The translations under genes were made by a program, and so were the position numbers. The notes under the pieces were generated by a model. It did not search any database, was not told the DNA's origin, and saw only the letters and a program-made list of their open reading frames with translations. A stretch of 64,000 bases of DNA from Roseibacillus sp. (GTDB lineage: Bacteria; Verrucomicrobiota; Verrucomicrobiia; Verrucomicrobiales; Akkermansiaceae), in the NCBI GenBank assembly GCA_965242925.1, contig CBDEUM010000030.1:224001-288000 (forward strand), given 5' to 3'. Of the stretch, positions 61,729-64,000 are shown one piece after another (position 1 is the first letter of the stretch; each line of letters opens with the position of its first letter).

Positions 61729-62493
61729 TCAGGCGCCAACCCGGAAGCGTGTCGCAACCCCATCACCTGCCACGATCTCGGTCAGGCGGTCAGGACGGCG
61801 ACCGTTGGCGATCACAGTTTCCACTCCTTCCTCCACCGCAAATTTCACTGCCTTCAGCTTGGAACTCATTCCCCCGATTGCAAATCTTCCCTTCTCCTTC
61901 TCGGCGTAGGACATCACCTCTTCAACCGAACACACTTCGCGCACAATCGCAGATGAATCCGGCGGAAACAGACCATCAACACTCGTCAGGAGAACCAGCA
62001 ACCGGGCTCCAAGCAGGGCTGCCACCCGCGCCGAAAGCATGTCGTTGTCCCCCACACTCAGTTCCTCCACTGCCACCGAGTCGTTCTCATTGATGACCGG
62101 CACGATTCCAGGCTCCGCCACAAGCCGCTCCAGCAGGTCGCAGACCCGCCACCGGTGATCCTCGATCTCAAGGTCTGCCGCGGTAAGAAGCAACTGCGCG
62201 ACGCTGACGTCAAAGCTGCGAAAGAGATTTTCGTAGGCGTGCATGAGCCGGGTTTGTCCCACCGCCGCCGCGGCCTGCCTGGTAGGCACATCGTCGGGAT
62301 ATTCCTTCAAGCCCAGGGCCGGTATCCCGGCTCCCACCGCTCCTGATGAGACCAGGACCACCCGCTGACTGTGGTCCGGCAGGTCCGCCACCGCGTTTAC
62401 AAGCCGGGCCAGGGACGCCCCGTCCAACGTGCCGTCCTCCCGGGTAAGGACCCCCGTCCCGATCTTGATCACAATGATGTCCTGCTTTGGCAT
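61729..62493 (-). CDS. proB: Glutamate 5-kinase (short form, no PUA domain)
   Basis: VIKIGT, VSSGAV, INENDSV, GDNDMLSA and GGMSSKL motifs. Confidence 0.95.
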   Translation of the reverse strand: MPKQDIIVIKIGTGVLTREDGTLDGASLARLVNAVADLPDHSQRVVLVSSGAVGAGIPALGLKEYPDDVPTRQAAAAVGQTRLMHAYENLFRSFDVSVAQLLLTAADLEIEDHRWRVCDLLERLVAEPGIVPVINENDSVAVEELSVGDNDMLSARVAALLGARLLVLLTSVDGLFPPDSSAIVREVCSVEEVMSYAEKEKGRFAIGGMSSKLKAVKFAVEEGVETVIANGRRPDRLTEIVAGDGVATRFRVGA

Positions 62494-62558
62494 CTTCAGG
62501 ATTCCCCCGTTCGTCTGGATTCTGAGTGAAGGTCCTTCCCGTCCAAGGCAAAACATCC

Positions 62559-63998
62559 TCACATGCGTTCGGGCACTGCAATCCCGAGCAGGTCCAATCC
62601 TTTCCGTAGAACGCACGCCGTCAATTCACAGAGGACGAGGCGCGTATTCCTTACCGATCCTTCCGACTTGAGAACCGGGCAGGCCTGAAAGAAGGAATGA
62701 TAGGCCCGCGCCAACTCCAGGAGATAACTTGCCAGCAGGTTCGGTCGGAATCCCTCCAGCACCACCGGCACCACCTCGCCGAAACGCGTCAGCATGCGGG
62801 CAAGATGGATTTCCCTCTCATCGCTCAGTTCGAGCCCCTCACCATCGAGAACAACCTCTTCCCCCAGTTTCCCAAAGATTGAGCGACAACGCACATAGCT
62901 GTACTGCAGGTAGGGTGCCGTATCCCCTTCCATGGAAACCATTTTCTCCAGATCGAAGATGTAATCCGAGCTCCGGTGATGAGAGAGCTCCATGAACTTG
63001 ACGGCACTGATTCCGATCAACTCTGCCAAGGCTTTCCGCTCCCCTTCATCCTCCACCCGCGAACGCCCTTCCGAGCTCTCCCGCGCAACCTGGATGGCAT
63101 CGTCCAGCAGGTCGCTCAGCAGGGGCAAGTCCCCCGCCCGCGTCTTGAGTGGCTTGCCGTCCTTACCAAGGATCGTCCCGAAGGAGATATGCTCCAGTTG
63201 AATCTCCCGTCCGCGGCGCGCCGCCACCGCAAAAAGTTGCTTGAAATGATCACCCTGCCGGTGATCCACCACATACCAGGCACAATCGGCCTGCAACTCC
63301 TCCACCCGGTAATCGATGGTGGCGATATCGGTGGTGGCGTAGTTAAAGCCCCCGTCGCTCTTACGGACGATCATGGGTTTGTCCTCCCATCTGCCTTCCT
63401 TCTGGATCCTGAAGGGATCCTTCCCCGGATCGACTGAGTTGTCCGAGAAGACACAAACCGCCCCATCGCTCTCCCGCGCCAGACCGGCCTCGAGCAGGTC
63501 CTCCACCACGCCAGGCAGGCGCTTATGGTAGGAACTCTCCCCCAACCAGTGATCAAAGCTCACCTCAAGGTGATCGTATATCAGTTGCAGTCCCTCCCGC
63601 GACAGACCCACACACTCCTTCCAGATCGCGAGGTTGTTCTCGTCACCCTGCTGGAGCGCGACCAGTTCCTGGCGACACTCCTCCTTCACGGACTCGTCCT
63701 CCGCGCACCTGCTGTTGGCGGTTCGATAGAGACGCAACAGTTCATTGAGCGAATCGTCCTCCAGCGCGGAGCGATCGAGTTCCCTCTTCCAGGCCCAGAT
63801 TACCATCCCGAACTGCGTGCCCCAGTCCCCGATGTGATTGTCGGTGATCACCTCGTGTCCGAGAAAGCGCCCAATTCGCGCCAGGGAGTCTCCAATAAAG
63901 GTGGATCGGAGGTGTCCCACATGCATCGGTTTGGCCACATTTGGAGCACTGAAATCAATTACGATGCGGTGTGGGGTTCGCACCCGCGCCACACCCAG
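62559..63998 (-). CDS. argS: Arginine--tRNA ligase, 5'-truncated by the window edge
   Basis: SAPNVAKPMHVGHLRS, GDWGTQFG, GDTAPYLQY and C-terminal PERM. Confidence 0.96.
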   Translation of the reverse strand: MGVARVRTPHRIVIDFSAPNVAKPMHVGHLRSTFIGDSLARIGRFLGHEVITDNHIGDWGTQFGMVIWAWKRELDRSALEDDSLNELLRLYRTANSRCAEDESVKEECRQELVALQQGDENNLAIWKECVGLSREGLQLIYDHLEVSFDHWLGESSYHKRLPGVVEDLLEAGLARESDGAVCVFSDNSVDPGKDPFRIQKEGRWEDKPMIVRKSDGGFNYATTDIATIDYRVEELQADCAWYVVDHRQGDHFKQLFAVAARRGREIQLEHISFGTILGKDGKPLKTRAGDLPLLSDLLDDAIQVARESSEGRSRVEDEGERKALAELIGISAVKFMELSHHRSSDYIFDLEKMVSMEGDTAPYLQYSYVRCRSIFGKLGEEVVLDGEGLELSDEREIHLARMLTRFGEVVPVVLEGFRPNLLASYLLELARAYHSFFQACPVLKSEGSVRNTRLVLCELTACVLRKGLDLLGIAVPERM

Positions 63999-64000
63999 TC

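Noticed and set aside
1..64000. Mobile elements, prophage, defence systems, tRNA/rRNA
   Set aside because: I recognised no transposase, integrase, phage structural, restriction-modification or toxin-antitoxin ORFs, and no tRNA/rRNA signatures, by eye. Short or highly divergent elements could have been missed.

Overview
A GC-rich (roughly 60% by eye) bacterial chromosome segment. Gene content and protein style point to Verrucomicrobiota (inference): fused SecDF, SMC/ScpB, DUF1549/1553 plus DUF1501, a Ser/Thr kinase, an FHA protein and a YlbF-like protein. It is mostly housekeeping: miaA, nagB, purH-pdxJ-acpS, tgt-yajC-X-secDF, ffh, smc, secA, rpsU, fabF, a DEAD-box helicase-ruvC-lipB, a stand-alone fusA, a fused oxoprolinase, rsmA-Nudix, def, pgsA-der, dksA-rpmG-rpsR-folE2, scpB-pheA, htpG and argS-proB-proA. 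There are also two ExbB/ExbD/TonB-like modules. I saw no rRNA, tRNA, CRISPR array, IS element or prophage. Most notable observations: (1) a lipoprotein between yajC and secDF that appears to be a stand-alone copy of the SecD periplasmic P1 domain, next to a SecDF that itself has a duplicated P1-base segment; (2) tandem NrdR-box-like sites 31 bp apart upstream of smc; (3) several apparently zinc-free variants (TGT, DksA, L33, S18, FolE2), four of them clustered; (4) a DksA with a histone-H1-like repeat tail; (5) an RsmA-Nudix fusion; (6) an ExbBD-TonB-like-Zn-ribbon module; (7) a disordered protein with repeated NPF motifs. About nine frameshifts, one in secA and the rest clustered at 35.1-38.2 kb, often at homopolymer runs, probably reflect assembly error.
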